Positions 8,071 to 18,076 are shown, counted from the stretch's first letter. The stretch is DNA of 64,000 nt from Candidatus Bathyarchaeia archaeon (GCA_038883795.1 JAVZLK010000005.1:1-64000), one strand, 5' to 3'. Numbers and translations: made by a program. The notes: generated by a model from the sequence alone, not told the origin.

Positions 8071-9047
8071 GAAATTGGTTTTCTTTCACGCAAAATTGCT
8101 TTTACGGTTCTTTCAACTGCCTGACGACTGTTCAATTTGGGTTTCCATCCGAGACTTTTAATTTTTTCAATACTTAAAAGCATGAATTTCACGTCTCCCT
8201 TCCAACCCCTTCCACCATCAACACCACGGGTGTAAACATACTCAACATTTCTTAAACCCATCTCTTGGCAGACTATATCGGCTATTTCTTTAACGTTCAC
8301 TTGATCTTCCGAACCAACATTGTAAATTTCCACTCTGTTATGCTGTTGGTTAATGCCAGTAAGCATGGCATCTATACAATCGTCAATGTATAAGTAAGAT
8401 TTTCTTTGAGTTCCATCGCCGAGGATTTCCAATTTTTTCGGATTCATAGAAAGTTTGTTTACGAAATCATATATGACGCCGTGCTGCGACCTAGGTCCTA
8501 TAATATTTGCCAGTCTATAAATTATGGCGTTGAATCCATAAGTGTAGGCATATGCTGTTATTAAAGCCTCAGAAGCAAGCTTAGAAGCGCCATAAATGGA
8601 AATTGGTTTAAGAGGCGCGTAATCTTCTGGTGTTGGAATTTTTTTTGCGTCTCCATAAACGGTTGATGAAGAAGTGAAAACAAGATTCTTAGTACAATCA
8701 ACTTTGCGAACCGCTTCCAGAAGGTTGAAGGTTGCAGCTATATTCTGTTCATAATGCACTTTAGGGTCAGCAGCGCCCACCCTAACCTCTGGATTTGCAG
8801 CCAAATGAAAAACGGTTTCACATCCCGATAAGGGTTTTAAAATGCTTGCTGGCTTTAAAAGATCCGCGTGTACAAAGAAGTTTTCCTTTTTCAGCCATTG
8901 TTTTAGGTTTTCAAGTTTTCCAGAACTAAGATTGTCAAAAACAACTACCTCTTTCCCCTCTTTACATAAACGGTCAACAAGGTGGCTCCCTATGAAGCCT
9001 GCTCCTCCACTTATGAAGGTTTTTTGAGAGTCTAATTTTTTATGCAT
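8067..9047 (-). CDS. NAD-dependent nucleotide-sugar epimerase/dehydratase (GalE-like)
   Basis: GGAGFIG, HLAA, SSSTVYG, YGASK. Confidence 0.92.
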   Translation of the reverse strand: MHKKLDSQKTFISGGAGFIGSHLVDRLCKEGKEVVVFDNLSSGKLENLKQWLKKENFFVHADLLKPASILKPLSGCETVFHLAANPEVRVGAADPKVHYEQNIAATFNLLEAVRKVDCTKNLVFTSSSTVYGDAKKIPTPEDYAPLKPISIYGASKLASEALITAYAYTYGFNAIIYRLANIIGPRSQHGVIYDFVNKLSMNPKKLEILGDGTQRKSYLYIDDCIDAMLTGINQQHNRVEIYNVGSEDQVNVKEIADIVCQEMGLRNVEYVYTRGVDGGRGWKGDVKFMLLSIEKIKSLGWKPKLNSRQAVERTVKAILRERKPIS

Positions 9048-9102
9048 TTTTTCTCCTCTTACACGCTTAATTGGTATACTTATGGAATTTTAATTTTAGG
9101 TA

Positions 9103-9915
9103 TTAAATATTGTAATAGGCGGGTTTGGTTTTCCATAGTTTTGTATAGGATTTTCTTGGACGCTTAAGTCTCCTTATTTTCTTTCGGATTTGACGCCAAA
9201 CGAGATATTTTGGAAGAAGTTGTTCAAGCTTTTCTTTGTGCGAGTGGTATACGCTGAATTTTGGTTCCACAATTATCTTGTAGCCTCTTGCTTGCATTTC
9301 AACTGCCCAATCATAATCTTCGCCTCCAAACTTTCCAGCAGAAGGAATTTCTTTTGGTAATTGTTCGTCGAAGGGATATTCCTCCCACAGCGATTTTCTT
9401 AAAATGCAATCTATTGTTGAAAAAAAGTTATCTTTGACATAAGCTCTGCTAATTTCGTTAAGTTTCTTCCACGAATGGTATACAAGCTTTTCCCATAAAG
9501 TTCCATCCTTATGTGGTGTAAAATAGCCTCCAACACCCGCAACTTTCGGATCTGAAAAATGCTGTATTCCATTTTCCAGCCACACGGTCGAAGAGGGCAA
9601 AGAATGCCCATTTGTTATGCATATAAGCTCTGAATCTGCAACGAATACCCCAACATTTGTAGAATATGGATGGGAAAAATCTTCATCCCTTATGGGAACA
9701 AGCTTGAAACCAATATTACCAAAAAAGTTGTTCTTGGCTAAAGACAAGAGCCTTCTCATCTCTTCAAATTTTTCTATGGATGAAAAATTATCTACAACAA
9801 CCACTTCTTGGGGTTGCAAGGTTTGGCTTGAGAGATTCAGCAATAGCTGTTTTAAAAAACTTTCAACATCCCTTGTTCGGATAAGAATTGAAACACTGCG
9901 TTTTTTGAATGACAT
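9103..9915 (-). CDS. Glycosyltransferase family 2
   Basis: VSILIRT, VVVDNFS, GEDYDW; the DxD position is atypical (TNGH). Confidence 0.8.
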   Translation of the reverse strand: MSFKKRSVSILIRTRDVESFLKQLLLNLSSQTLQPQEVVVVDNFSSIEKFEEMRRLLSLAKNNFFGNIGFKLVPIRDEDFSHPYSTNVGVFVADSELICITNGHSLPSSTVWLENGIQHFSDPKVAGVGGYFTPHKDGTLWEKLVYHSWKKLNEISRAYVKDNFFSTIDCILRKSLWEEYPFDEQLPKEIPSAGKFGGEDYDWAVEMQARGYKIIVEPKFSVYHSHKEKLEQLLPKYLVWRQIRKKIRRLKRPRKSYTKLWKTKPAYYNI

Positions 9916-10059
9916 CTTAAAACTTGAGTGAGTGAAAGTTGTTTAAAAATATGATGGCTTTAATGAAACAATAATACTTGCCATCACAGTTAACTCTTGC
10001 TTCATGTAACGAATAAATCCAACCAATGATGATTTAATTCCTTAATGGAGGGTTAAAGG

Positions 10060-11067
10060 CTGAAACTTCCCCAAGGAAAAATTCCCGTTGACGTCTTAAA
10101 AGAAGTTGTTTTCAAACATTTAGGAGCCAAACGTGAAGAAGTGGTTTTGGGGCCTTCCGCTGGATTTGATGGCGCAGTAATTGAAGTAGGAAATAAGTCT
10201 TTAATTGTTTCCATGGACCCAATAACTGGCGCCGTGGAAAGAATAGGCTGGCTTGCCGTAAACATAAATGCCAATGACATTGCAACCTTTGGCGTCCAAC
10301 CAACCCTATTCGCTTCCTGCATATTACTTCCAGAAAATGGAGACAGAAAAACTCTCGAAAACATATGCACCCAAATGGATGAAGCAGCAAAAGATTTAGA
10401 AATAGCCATAATTGGTGGACATTGTGAGGTAACTCCGGGTTTAACAAATCCGATAGTTATTGGGTGTGTGATGGGCATAACAGAGAAAGGAAAATATGTT
10501 ACAGCTGGAGACGCCAAACCCGGAGACAAACTCATATTGACCAAAAGCGCAGGAATAGAGGGAACAGCAATCCTTGCAACCGAGAAAGAAAAGCAGCTAA
10601 AAAGAGTTTTAGAACCAGCCCTAATGCAAAGTGCTAAAAAATTATATAATAAGATAAGCGTTGTTAAAGATGCCTTAATAGCTGCAAAAACCGGCGGAAT
10701 TCACGCCATGCACGACCCAACCGAAGGCGGTGTAAGCGGCGGAATTCATGAAATGGCAGAAGCCTCAAATGTTGGCTTTCAAGTCTATGAGGAAAAAATT
10801 CCCGTTCAACCCGAAACCCGAAAAATATGTGAATACTTTAAAATTGACCCACTACAACTCATTAGCTCTGGTGCTTTACTAATTTCGGCAGAGCCAGAGT
10901 TTGCAGAAAAAATAGTTGAAGAATTAAAACGGAACAAGATTAACGCTTCGCTTATTGGCGAATTTTTAGAAAGCAAGCATGAGCATAGGATTATAAGAAA
11001 AAACGGAACAATTCAAACCTTGCCAAAACCCATTTCAGACCATCTTTGGATTGCCCTAAAAAGTTAG
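10060..11067 (+). CDS. AIR synthase (PurM-like) family protein, not a true HypE
   Basis: DPITG, NANDIA, GGHCE, MHDPTEGG, LISSG; no C-terminal PRIC. The frame extends to CTG at 10060 after a GGAGG; the ORF track starts it at 10141. Confidence 0.82.
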   Translation: MKLPQGKIPVDVLKEVVFKHLGAKREEVVLGPSAGFDGAVIEVGNKSLIVSMDPITGAVERIGWLAVNINANDIATFGVQPTLFASCILLPENGDRKTLENICTQMDEAAKDLEIAIIGGHCEVTPGLTNPIVIGCVMGITEKGKYVTAGDAKPGDKLILTKSAGIEGTAILATEKEKQLKRVLEPALMQSAKKLYNKISVVKDALIAAKTGGIHAMHDPTEGGVSGGIHEMAEASNVGFQVYEEKIPVQPETRKICEYFKIDPLQLISSGALLISAEPEFAEKIVEELKRNKINASLIGEFLESKHEHRIIRKNGTIQTLPKPISDHLWIALKS

Positions 11068-11113
11068 CTTTTCTTTGCGCTACCTTAAAATATCCACAAT
11101 AAAATTTTAAAGT

Positions 11114-12202
11114 GTGAAGGGAAACTCTTTGGGGTTAACACTACAAAAGGCTGCACGAATCGCCAGATATTCTGTGATCCCAAATAAGCCCTATCATGTG
11201 CAGTGGATGATTACGAGGAAATGTAACTATCGCTGCAGAGGATGCAACGTTTGGCGGGAACAAGACGAGAAAGAATTGTCCACGGAAGATGTCAAAAAAG
11301 GATTGGATATTCTTAAGGAACTTGGTGTTGTTGAGATAGTTTTTTCGGGAGGAAACCCGCTTTTAAGGGAGGATATAGGCGAAATTTTGGATTATGCTTC
11401 ACGCTTTTTTATAACAACTGTTTATGATAATGGCAGTGTTGCAGCGGAGAAAATTGATGCTTTACGCAGTGTGGATTTTGTTGCCATTTCCCTTGACAGT
11501 TTGGATTCGAGAAAAAATGATTATGTAAAAGGCGTTAAGGGTTCATGGAAAAAAGCCATGCAAACAATCGAAAAACTTCATGAGAACGGAATTCGGGTTG
11601 GCGTGTCGCCAACAATTTCTCAGTTTAACCTTTACGAAATGGTGGATTTCACCAACTACTTCTTGGAAAAGGGAATTCCAGTTTGGTATTGCCTATACTC
11701 TTATGACTCATCTAACGATTTAGGTCAGCTTTTCAAAATTGGCAGAAAAAATGATGAGTTTTTAATAACTGATAATAAGGCTATGGTTGAACTTTGTGAT
11801 GCGCTTATGGATATGGAAAGGAAAAACAGCAATGTCCTCATAACAACTAAAACTTTAAAGGCTGTCAAAAACCTTTATTGGAATGGAAACAGAACATGGA
11901 AGTGCCGCGCCCTCCAAAACTTCTTCATCATAGATCATATAGGTCGAGTTGCTGGGTGCCACCTTAACAAACCGGTAGCTTCTATTTTCGATTTGCCAAA
12001 AGTCTGGAACAGCGAAGAGTTTAATGTCCTGCGCAATATTTACAGTGAGTGTTCCAGGTGCATATACCTCTGCTATATTGTTTATTCTATCCATGGCAGC
12101 GTTGTGGGCAATTTGGAAATAGCCAGAGAGAAGTGGAGGAGCGCCAAACTTTTCTTAAGGAAAAAGTCTCTTAAGTCTCTAAGTTTGGTAAAATGGAAAT
12201 AA
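11114..12202 (+). CDS. Radical SAM protein with C-terminal SPASM/twitch-like Cys domain
   Basis: CNYRCRGC, SGGNPLLR, C-terminal C...GC...CSRCIYLC. Confidence 0.88.
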   Translation: MKGNSLGLTLQKAARIARYSVIPNKPYHVQWMITRKCNYRCRGCNVWREQDEKELSTEDVKKGLDILKELGVVEIVFSGGNPLLREDIGEILDYASRFFITTVYDNGSVAAEKIDALRSVDFVAISLDSLDSRKNDYVKGVKGSWKKAMQTIEKLHENGIRVGVSPTISQFNLYEMVDFTNYFLEKGIPVWYCLYSYDSSNDLGQLFKIGRKNDEFLITDNKAMVELCDALMDMERKNSNVLITTKTLKAVKNLYWNGNRTWKCRALQNFFIIDHIGRVAGCHLNKPVASIFDLPKVWNSEEFNVLRNIYSECSRCIYLCYIVYSIHGSVVGNLEIAREKWRSAKLFLRKKSLKSLSLVKWK

Positions 12203-12440
12203 CTTCGAATATTTTCTTAACAAGTATTTTATCCACCGCGCTCTCTTCTTCTATATCCGTTATTGGTATGGCTTCTTTCCACAATGTTTGCGTTTCAGAG
12301 ACATTATCAATTATGATCCGTGGTCCAGCATCCTTGGGCTTTTTCAGTTCAAGGATTGATGGCAAAAGCATGATGAGAATGAAGGTTGAAACTCCCAAAG
12401 TTAGTAGGATAAGTGTTGTTGGAGTCGGATTCGGAACCAT
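12171..12440 (-). CDS. Small single-pass membrane protein
   Basis: N-terminal hydrophobic helix followed by ELKKPKDAGP; lies 25 bp downstream of the GT2 gene. Confidence 0.6.
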   Translation of the reverse strand: MVPNPTPTTLILLTLGVSTFILIMLLPSILELKKPKDAGPRIIIDNVSETQTLWKEAIPITDIEEESAVDKILVKKIFEVISILPNLET

Positions 12441-12465
12441 GCCTTATCTTTTTGGAATTTATCCA

Positions 12466-13755
12466 TCAACTGGCAATATAACTGTTTCCATTCCCTGAGT
12501 GGAAGGTCTTTGTCCAATGGTTACAATTTTTTCTGAAAATTTTTGATATAAGCAAATCCATGAGGGCTTTGGTGCAGATGGGTATGTTGTACAGAAAAGT
12601 GAATATTAAAAGTGGAATTAACCATTGGGCTCTTGTTCTTCCATCCAAATATGCGCCTATTCCAACCTCAAAGAAAGGAGCGAAATTTCCTACAAAACTG
12701 TAAAGAGAAAAGGAGATTGGGATAGATTTCCAAATCATGCCAAACCAAGATGAAGGATTTAGGAAAAACAGTGAAACTCCAATGATCCATGAAAACAAAA
12801 CCAGAACCGGCATGAAATAGAGGTTTAATAAAAGTAGGCCGTCGATTTTCTGTTTTAAACTTAAATTTTTGCTTTTTAAAACTTTGAAGGAATGTTTTAG
12901 GGCACACTGCATATGTCCCTTAGCCCATCTATACCGTTGCTTCCAATAAGCTCGCCAATTCTCCACAGCTTCTTCATAACATTCTGCGTCATTCACATAG
13001 CTAATTTTATAGCCAGCAAGGTATACGCGGAAAGTTAAGTCCGTGTCTTCTGCCAGAATTGACTCATCCCAACCACCCAAACTTTCTAAAACATTACGCT
13101 TAAAACCTCCAACGGTGCCGCCAAACTGTGTGATCAATCCTAAGGTGTCTCTTGCTTGTTGGTCAACGCAATACCCGCCTATTCTCTCTAAAGCAACAAG
13201 CCTCGTTACCAAGTTTTGGGGCTCATTTAAGACGACAACTCTACCTTGCACTGCCCCAACCTTGGGATTAGCAAATTTTTTCACAAGTTTTTCTACAATA
13301 TCTCTTTGCGGATAATAGTCTGCATCAAAACAGAGGATTATTTCTCCATTGGCATGTTTAAATCCAGCGTTTAGGGCTGAAGCCTTCCCCCTTTTCCCTT
13401 CTTTTTGGTTTCGATGTATAACTTTAATGTAAGAATATTCTTTTGAGTATTCTTCGCTTATTTTTCCCGTTTTATCTGTTGAGGCGTCATCAATAACTAT
13501 TATTTGCAACTTTTCTTTGGGATAAGTTAGTTTAGTCATTCCTTGAAGAATTCTTTCAATAACTTGTTCTTCATTATGTGCTGGAATTAGAATGGAAACC
13601 ATTGGTTGATAAGTTGCGTTTTCCATTTCATTAGTAACTTTATTCTTTTTGTTGTTCTTGAGAATTGTTAAGGTGAATATGTAATGCCGAACCATGTATG
13701 CAGCTATTAAAACTGCTAAAAATAGCGATAGCATTTCTAAAAGTTCAGCTATCAA
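12466..13755 (-). CDS. Cellulose-synthase-like GT2 glycosyltransferase
   Basis: DDAS, KASALN, FDAD, AEDTD and QRYRW (D,D,D,QxxRW), with flanking transmembrane helices. Confidence 0.9.
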   Translation of the reverse strand: MIAELLEMLSLFLAVLIAAYMVRHYIFTLTILKNNKKNKVTNEMENATYQPMVSILIPAHNEEQVIERILQGMTKLTYPKEKLQIIVIDDASTDKTGKISEEYSKEYSYIKVIHRNQKEGKRGKASALNAGFKHANGEIILCFDADYYPQRDIVEKLVKKFANPKVGAVQGRVVVLNEPQNLVTRLVALERIGGYCVDQQARDTLGLITQFGGTVGGFKRNVLESLGGWDESILAEDTDLTFRVYLAGYKISYVNDAECYEEAVENWRAYWKQRYRWAKGHMQCALKHSFKVLKSKNLSLKQKIDGLLLLNLYFMPVLVLFSWIIGVSLFFLNPSSWFGMIWKSIPISFSLYSFVGNFAPFFEVGIGAYLDGRTRAQWLIPLLIFTFLYNIPICTKALMDLLISKIFRKNCNHWTKTFHSGNGNSYIAS

Positions 13756-14146
13756 ATTTCACCCTCAACTTTTCTTTGGAAGGGACCAACAATGTTAAGC
13801 TAATAGTCCAAAAGGAGACAACCCACACAAGATTTATGAAAGGACTTAAAACTATGTAGAGAATACTAAAAAGATTTCCGAAAAAGTTAGCCGCTGCATA
13901 AGCAAACAAATAAAAAAGGTAATTCCAACATACTCCAACAAAATTGCCAATAACAAGGATGAATACTTTCTTTGTAAGGGTTCCGTTTAATGGAAAAATT
14001 AAGGAAGCGAAAAGAAAATTAAAAAGCACATGCGTGACTGAGACTTCAAAGGGAATCTGCAAAAAATACAGGGGCAAGAAAGAAAACACTGTTCCAATAA
14101 GCAATCCAAAAATTAAATGACCCTTTTTCCATTCACCTAGTTCCAT
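13745..14146 (-). CDS. Four-helix membrane protein of unknown function
   Basis: 133 aa, strongly hydrophobic, overlaps the GT2 start. Confidence 0.7.
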   Translation of the reverse strand: MELGEWKKGHLIFGLLIGTVFSFLPLYFLQIPFEVSVTHVLFNFLFASLIFPLNGTLTKKVFILVIGNFVGVCWNYLFYLFAYAAANFFGNLFSILYIVLSPFINLVWVVSFWTISLTLLVPSKEKLRVKFDS

Positions 14147-14193
14147 TCTCCCAAACCCATGATGACTTATGGAAACTAAATATAGAAAATTAA

Positions 14194-14230
14194 TCTAGAA
14201 TTAGTTTCTAGAATAGTTTTAAAATTTGCG
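14194..14230 (-). promoter_or_regulatory. BRE/TATA promoter of the GT2 operon with a downstream inverted/direct repeat
   Basis: Minus strand cgcaaa-ttttaaaa (14230-14217); TCTAGAA-N5-TTCTAGA at 14194-14212. Confidence 0.55.
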
Positions 14231-14249
14231 CAAAAATCCGTTAAAACTT

Positions 14250-14843
14250 TCAATAATTCTTAGAGTGAAGGAGTAAATTGTCAATTATCATGCATAAAAC
14301 TTGGAAAACTTCTTCAGCCTCCAAATTTTCGGTGTCCAAAATTAAATGAAATGGCGAAAAATCTTCTCCTAAACTGAAGCCATAAAGCTTTTTGTATATG
14401 GCTTTTGTCTGCTCCTCCTTGTTTTTCAAAGCGTTAAAAGCTTCTTTGACGCCTATTCCATCTCTAATGGCTATTCGTTTAGCCCGCTTTTCCGGAGAAG
14501 CTTCTAACCACACTTTGAAGCCTTCTTTTAGAAGCCATGGCATCGTCCAACTGTCCAAAATCACGTTTCCCTTTTTTGCAAGTTCCAAAAGTTTTCTGTC
14601 GACAGCCTTGTCAAATTTTGGGTCTCTTCCCCTCTTTTCTAGAAACCGTTTTCCTTCTTCGCTTTCCCACCATCCGCTTCGAGATGGCTTATAGCCTTCT
14701 TGAATGGCTAAGGCTTTTAATGCATCTCCGCCAGAATAATATCTAAGCCTATATTTTTCTGCAAGTTTTTTTGCTAGTGTACTTTTTCCGCTTCCAGCCA
14801 TTCCACATATGCAGATGACTATAGGCTTTTTTCTTTTGCTCAT
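14250..14843 (-). CDS. cmk: Cytidylate kinase (archaeal type)
   Basis: GMAGSGKST P-loop, RAKRIAIRD; follows L34e as in the conserved archaeal cluster. Confidence 0.9.
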   Translation of the reverse strand: MSKRKKPIVICICGMAGSGKSTLAKKLAEKYRLRYYSGGDALKALAIQEGYKPSRSGWWESEEGKRFLEKRGRDPKFDKAVDRKLLELAKKGNVILDSWTMPWLLKEGFKVWLEASPEKRAKRIAIRDGIGVKEAFNALKNKEEQTKAIYKKLYGFSLGEDFSPFHLILDTENLEAEEVFQVLCMIIDNLLLHSKNY

Positions 14844-14864
14844 CTGTTTTCCTCAATTTAGAGC

Positions 14865-15134
14865 TTAGATTATTCTTGCAGCCTGTTTTAAAGCTACTTT
14901 TAGGCAGTTGTGGCATACTTGTCCGCCAAAGGGACGCCAAATTCTTCTTTTGGTTCGATTAAGTTTACGTATTTCCGTAGACCCGCCTCGTGGAGTTCCA
15001 GCTAAGGGTTGACCACAAATGAAGCATGAGGGCGCTGTTGTCTTCTCCTTTTTGTAGTGAGTTTGGCTTTTTCCGCCTGGCAATTTGGTTTTTAAGCGTT
15101 TTCGACTCCGTGTACGCAAGTGAGGTTGCGGCAT
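14865..15134 (-). CDS. rpl34e: 50S ribosomal protein L34e
   Basis: LPGG, CFICGQPL.G, RPFGGQVCHNC. Confidence 0.95.
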   Translation of the reverse strand: MPQPHLRTRSRKRLKTKLPGGKSQTHYKKEKTTAPSCFICGQPLAGTPRGGSTEIRKLNRTKRRIWRPFGGQVCHNCLKVALKQAARII

Positions 15135-15147
15135 CTCTTCACTTCCT

Positions 15148-15621
15148 TTACTCTATTGGCATAATACCTAATACGCGGGATGCAGTCCATCCGAAAAGAA
15201 AAGAGCATATGAGATACCATATGAATATGTATTGCGGTCCAATTCCAGGAATGTACGCCACAATGTGCGCACCATAAAAAGGTCCTAACACAAAAAACCA
15301 TATTAAAATGTAGCTGGAGGTAATTCCCATAAGAATCCATTGGGGTTTAGCCATTTTTTTCTGCATATTAAAAATTTGTGTTTCCTTCTTTTTCAATTTC
15401 TCAAGAAGCTTCCTATCCTGTGTACGCTGCGCCTGAAACAATTGGGCACGATATTCGGCAATTTCTTTCTGCATTTCTTTATATTGGGACCACCCAACAA
15501 AGCGGTGAATTAAAAGACGATTAAGTGCGGAGTTTAGGAATGAAATAGCGAAACAGATTAGCATTATTGTTATGGTAGCTCCAGGCGGTTCTGGCTTCAT
15601 CAACAATTCGATTAAGTCCAT
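15148..15621 (-). CDS. EMC3/TMCO1 (DUF106, Oxa1 superfamily) membrane insertase
   Basis: TM, coiled coil, TM, then WYLICS; conserved position downstream of secY. Confidence 0.88.
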   Translation of the reverse strand: MDLIELLMKPEPPGATITIMLICFAISFLNSALNRLLIHRFVGWSQYKEMQKEIAEYRAQLFQAQRTQDRKLLEKLKKKETQIFNMQKKMAKPQWILMGITSSYILIWFFVLGPFYGAHIVAYIPGIGPQYIFIWYLICSFLFGWTASRVLGIMPIE

Positions 15622-15715
15622 AATCTCTCCTCAAACATTTTAATTGTTTCTTTGTTTATTTTCGCATTAATAACTATTTTCACAAACTATTACTAAATAT
15701 TTATAGAGTCTGTTT

Positions 15716-17131
15716 TTAGCCTCCTAATAGGCGCCTAAAGGCTGGATACATTTCAGCTGCTCTCTCTTGCATTAGCAACTCATAATATTGATAAATTATG
15801 CCTACAGAAAGTAGAATACCCATTCCGGAGCCGAAAACTCCGAAGAGATCTGAAACGGCGGCAATCAATCCCACAATTATTCCGCCTAGTATGGTTACTG
15901 TTGGAATGTAGCGTTTAAGAATGGATTCCACAGCTTTTCCAGAACGTCTATATCCAGGAATCTGCATGCCAGCATCAACAAGCTGCTTAGCCACGGTGGA
16001 AGGCCCTAAACCGCCAACCTCAAGCCAAGTAAGCGAAAAGATAACGCTGAAAGCTATGAGAATTGCCGTATAACCCAAAGCCCTATCTGGACTTTCTAAG
16101 GCATTTGTAAGACTGTGCGGTGCTGTCACATAATACACAAGACCGCCTATAGGTTCAAGTTGCTGATTTGGATATTCTCCAACCCATCTGAATCGTCCGA
16201 GAAGGTCAATCCAAAAGTTTCCACTGGAATATTCGCGTCTTCCGCTCATGCTCCAGAAAAGTTGCGAGAAGAGGTAAATGTTGGCGAAAAGGGCTGAAGC
16301 GAATATTACCGGAAGGTTTGATACGTAAAGCAGTTTTATTGGGTATCTGCTGCGGTAACCCTTATAACCAGCATAAGAGAGTGGAAGTTCGACTCTTACG
16401 CCTTCCATGTAAATTATGATTAGAAAAGCAGCAATCGTTGCTATGAATCCGATTAAGGATGGATATGCACCGCTTCCAACAATCCATGAGATTATGTTCC
16501 CTTGACTCAAAGCCATAGTGAGAGCTCCGACGAAAAGGCCTGTTGGCGGATTGAAGCATTGCCATACGATTTGTTGTGCGACACCAGCCATGATAAATAG
16601 GCTTATTCCACTTCCTAAGCCCCAACCTTTCTGAATGAGCTCGTCCATGAGCAAAAGGATTATTCCAGAGGCTAGAAGCTGAAGGAAGACTATTATTGCG
16701 ATGGCGGCGGAAGGGACGCTGTACATTCCGCTGATCATGTAGGCAAAGGCTTGGACTCCTGTTAGGATTATAGAGAAGACTTTGCTTGCTGTTGTAAATA
16801 GGGCTCTGTCTTCTGGACGTGACATGTCGCATTCTATCATACCTGAGCCAACCAATAGCTGGAGTATTAAGCCCGCCGTGACTATGGGACCTATTCCAAG
16901 CTCCATGAGGGTGCCGCGGTGGGAAGCCCAAATGATTCTTAAAGCGCTGAAGCTTTCTTGTTGTGTTTGTGGGATTCCATATAGTGGCACTTCTGACATT
17001 ATTAGATAAATTACTAATACGATGGCTGTCCAGAAGATTTTCTCGTTGAATCGGACTCTGCGTTCTGGAGCCTTTACTTCCGGTATGACTCTTGCGATGG
17101 GTTTGAAAAGGTTTAGGAATCTGCCAGCCAT
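15716..17131 (-). CDS. secY: Preprotein translocase subunit SecY
   Basis: GTLMELGIGPIVT, GLGSGISLFI, YPIKLLYVSNLP, QIPGYR. Confidence 0.97.
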   Translation of the reverse strand: MAGRFLNLFKPIARVIPEVKAPERRVRFNEKIFWTAIVLVIYLIMSEVPLYGIPQTQQESFSALRIIWASHRGTLMELGIGPIVTAGLILQLLVGSGMIECDMSRPEDRALFTTASKVFSIILTGVQAFAYMISGMYSVPSAAIAIIVFLQLLASGIILLLMDELIQKGWGLGSGISLFIMAGVAQQIVWQCFNPPTGLFVGALTMALSQGNIISWIVGSGAYPSLIGFIATIAAFLIIIYMEGVRVELPLSYAGYKGYRSRYPIKLLYVSNLPVIFASALFANIYLFSQLFWSMSGRREYSSGNFWIDLLGRFRWVGEYPNQQLEPIGGLVYYVTAPHSLTNALESPDRALGYTAILIAFSVIFSLTWLEVGGLGPSTVAKQLVDAGMQIPGYRRSGKAVESILKRYIPTVTILGGIIVGLIAAVSDLFGVFGSGMGILLSVGIIYQYYELLMQERAAEMYPAFRRLLGG

Positions 17132-17141
17132 GGCCTATCCG

Positions 17142-17579
17142 TTACTCTCCTTGTTCTTGAGTTTCCATCAGTATTTGTCCGCCCGCTTCCTTTATCTTTT
17201 CAGCCGCAGATTTGGAGCATGATGCTACTTTTACAATTAATGGTTTTGTAACTCTTCCAGTGCCCAAAAGTTTCGAATAGCCCAAACTTTCTAAGTCTAT
17301 GAAAATTTTACCATCCTTTTCTTCTGATGTTGCTTTGGCTAATTCTTCAAGTTTTCCGACGTTTATGACTTTTTGCTTTTGTTTGAGGCTTTTTGGTGAG
17401 GTGAATCCTTTCTTGCCGAAATATTCAGGTTCATACCTCAAAACGTAAGACCATAAGTGTTTGTGTCTCCCAGCTTTTCGCCCCCCTTTTGACCCAGACT
17501 TTCTATGTTGACCAACCCTTCCGTAACCTACTGTTCTGGAACCGCGTTTCTTCCGAATTTTTCTTAGTTTGTGGGGCAT
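17142..17579 (-). CDS. rpl15: 50S ribosomal protein L15
   Basis: RGSRTVGYG, FGKKGF, KLLGTG, AAEKIKEAGG. Confidence 0.96.
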   Translation of the reverse strand: MPHKLRKIRKKRGSRTVGYGRVGQHRKSGSKGGRKAGRHKHLWSYVLRYEPEYFGKKGFTSPKSLKQKQKVINVGKLEELAKATSEEKDGKIFIDLESLGYSKLLGTGRVTKPLIVKVASCSKSAAEKIKEAGGQILMETQEQGE

Positions 17580-17580
17580 T

Positions 17581-18036
17581 TTAATCAGCTACTCTTTTAG
17601 CAACTTGTTCAGCAGCCTTTTTTAACCTTATTTCAAGTACTCCATTCTTATATTTTGTATGTATTGTGTCTGGAATCACTCTTGCGGGAAGATTTAAACT
17701 TTTACGGTATCTCCACTCTAAAGCCTCAGCAGCCAAAGTTAATTTTTGATTTTCTATTTGGATTTTCAAGTTTTCCTTGTTAACTCCTTTAGCTTCTGCA
17801 ACTATGACTATTTCATCCTTTTCTTCTAAAACATCAATTAAGGGCTCAAGCTCCCTCCATTTTCTTCCCTTGTAAATCTTTAGAAGCTCGATTTTTGGAA
17901 GCGCCTTCCATTTTTTAATTCGCGACCTTCTCATTGCAAATGTTCTAGGAGCTTTTTTTCTTTTGGCTTTGTTTATTGTATCAATAATTTTGAACTTTTT
18001 TGAAACTCTTTTGTTTCCCCGCCATTTAACGCTCAA
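17581..18036 (-). CDS. Small heat shock protein (Hsp20) with basic N-terminus
   Basis: EPLIDVLE, AEAKGVNKE, LPARV, YKNGVLEIRL alpha-crystallin signature. Confidence 0.85.
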   Translation of the reverse strand: MSVKWRGNKRVSKKFKIIDTINKAKRKKAPRTFAMRRSRIKKWKALPKIELLKIYKGRKWRELEPLIDVLEEKDEIVIVAEAKGVNKENLKIQIENQKLTLAAEALEWRYRKSLNLPARVIPDTIHTKYKNGVLEIRLKKAAEQVAKRVAD

Positions 18037-18076
18037 ATTCTCCTTCTCCTCGGATACAATGGCATTTCAAAAGCTG

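Noticed and set aside
10026-10063. C box (ATGATGA) and D box (CTGA) suggesting a C/D sRNA
   Set aside because: No C'/D' boxes, spacing too short for a two-guide sRNA, and the CTGA coincides with the probable start codon.
10060-11067. Second hypE
   Set aside because: Lacks the C-terminal PRIC cysteine; the real hypE is at 26559-27626.
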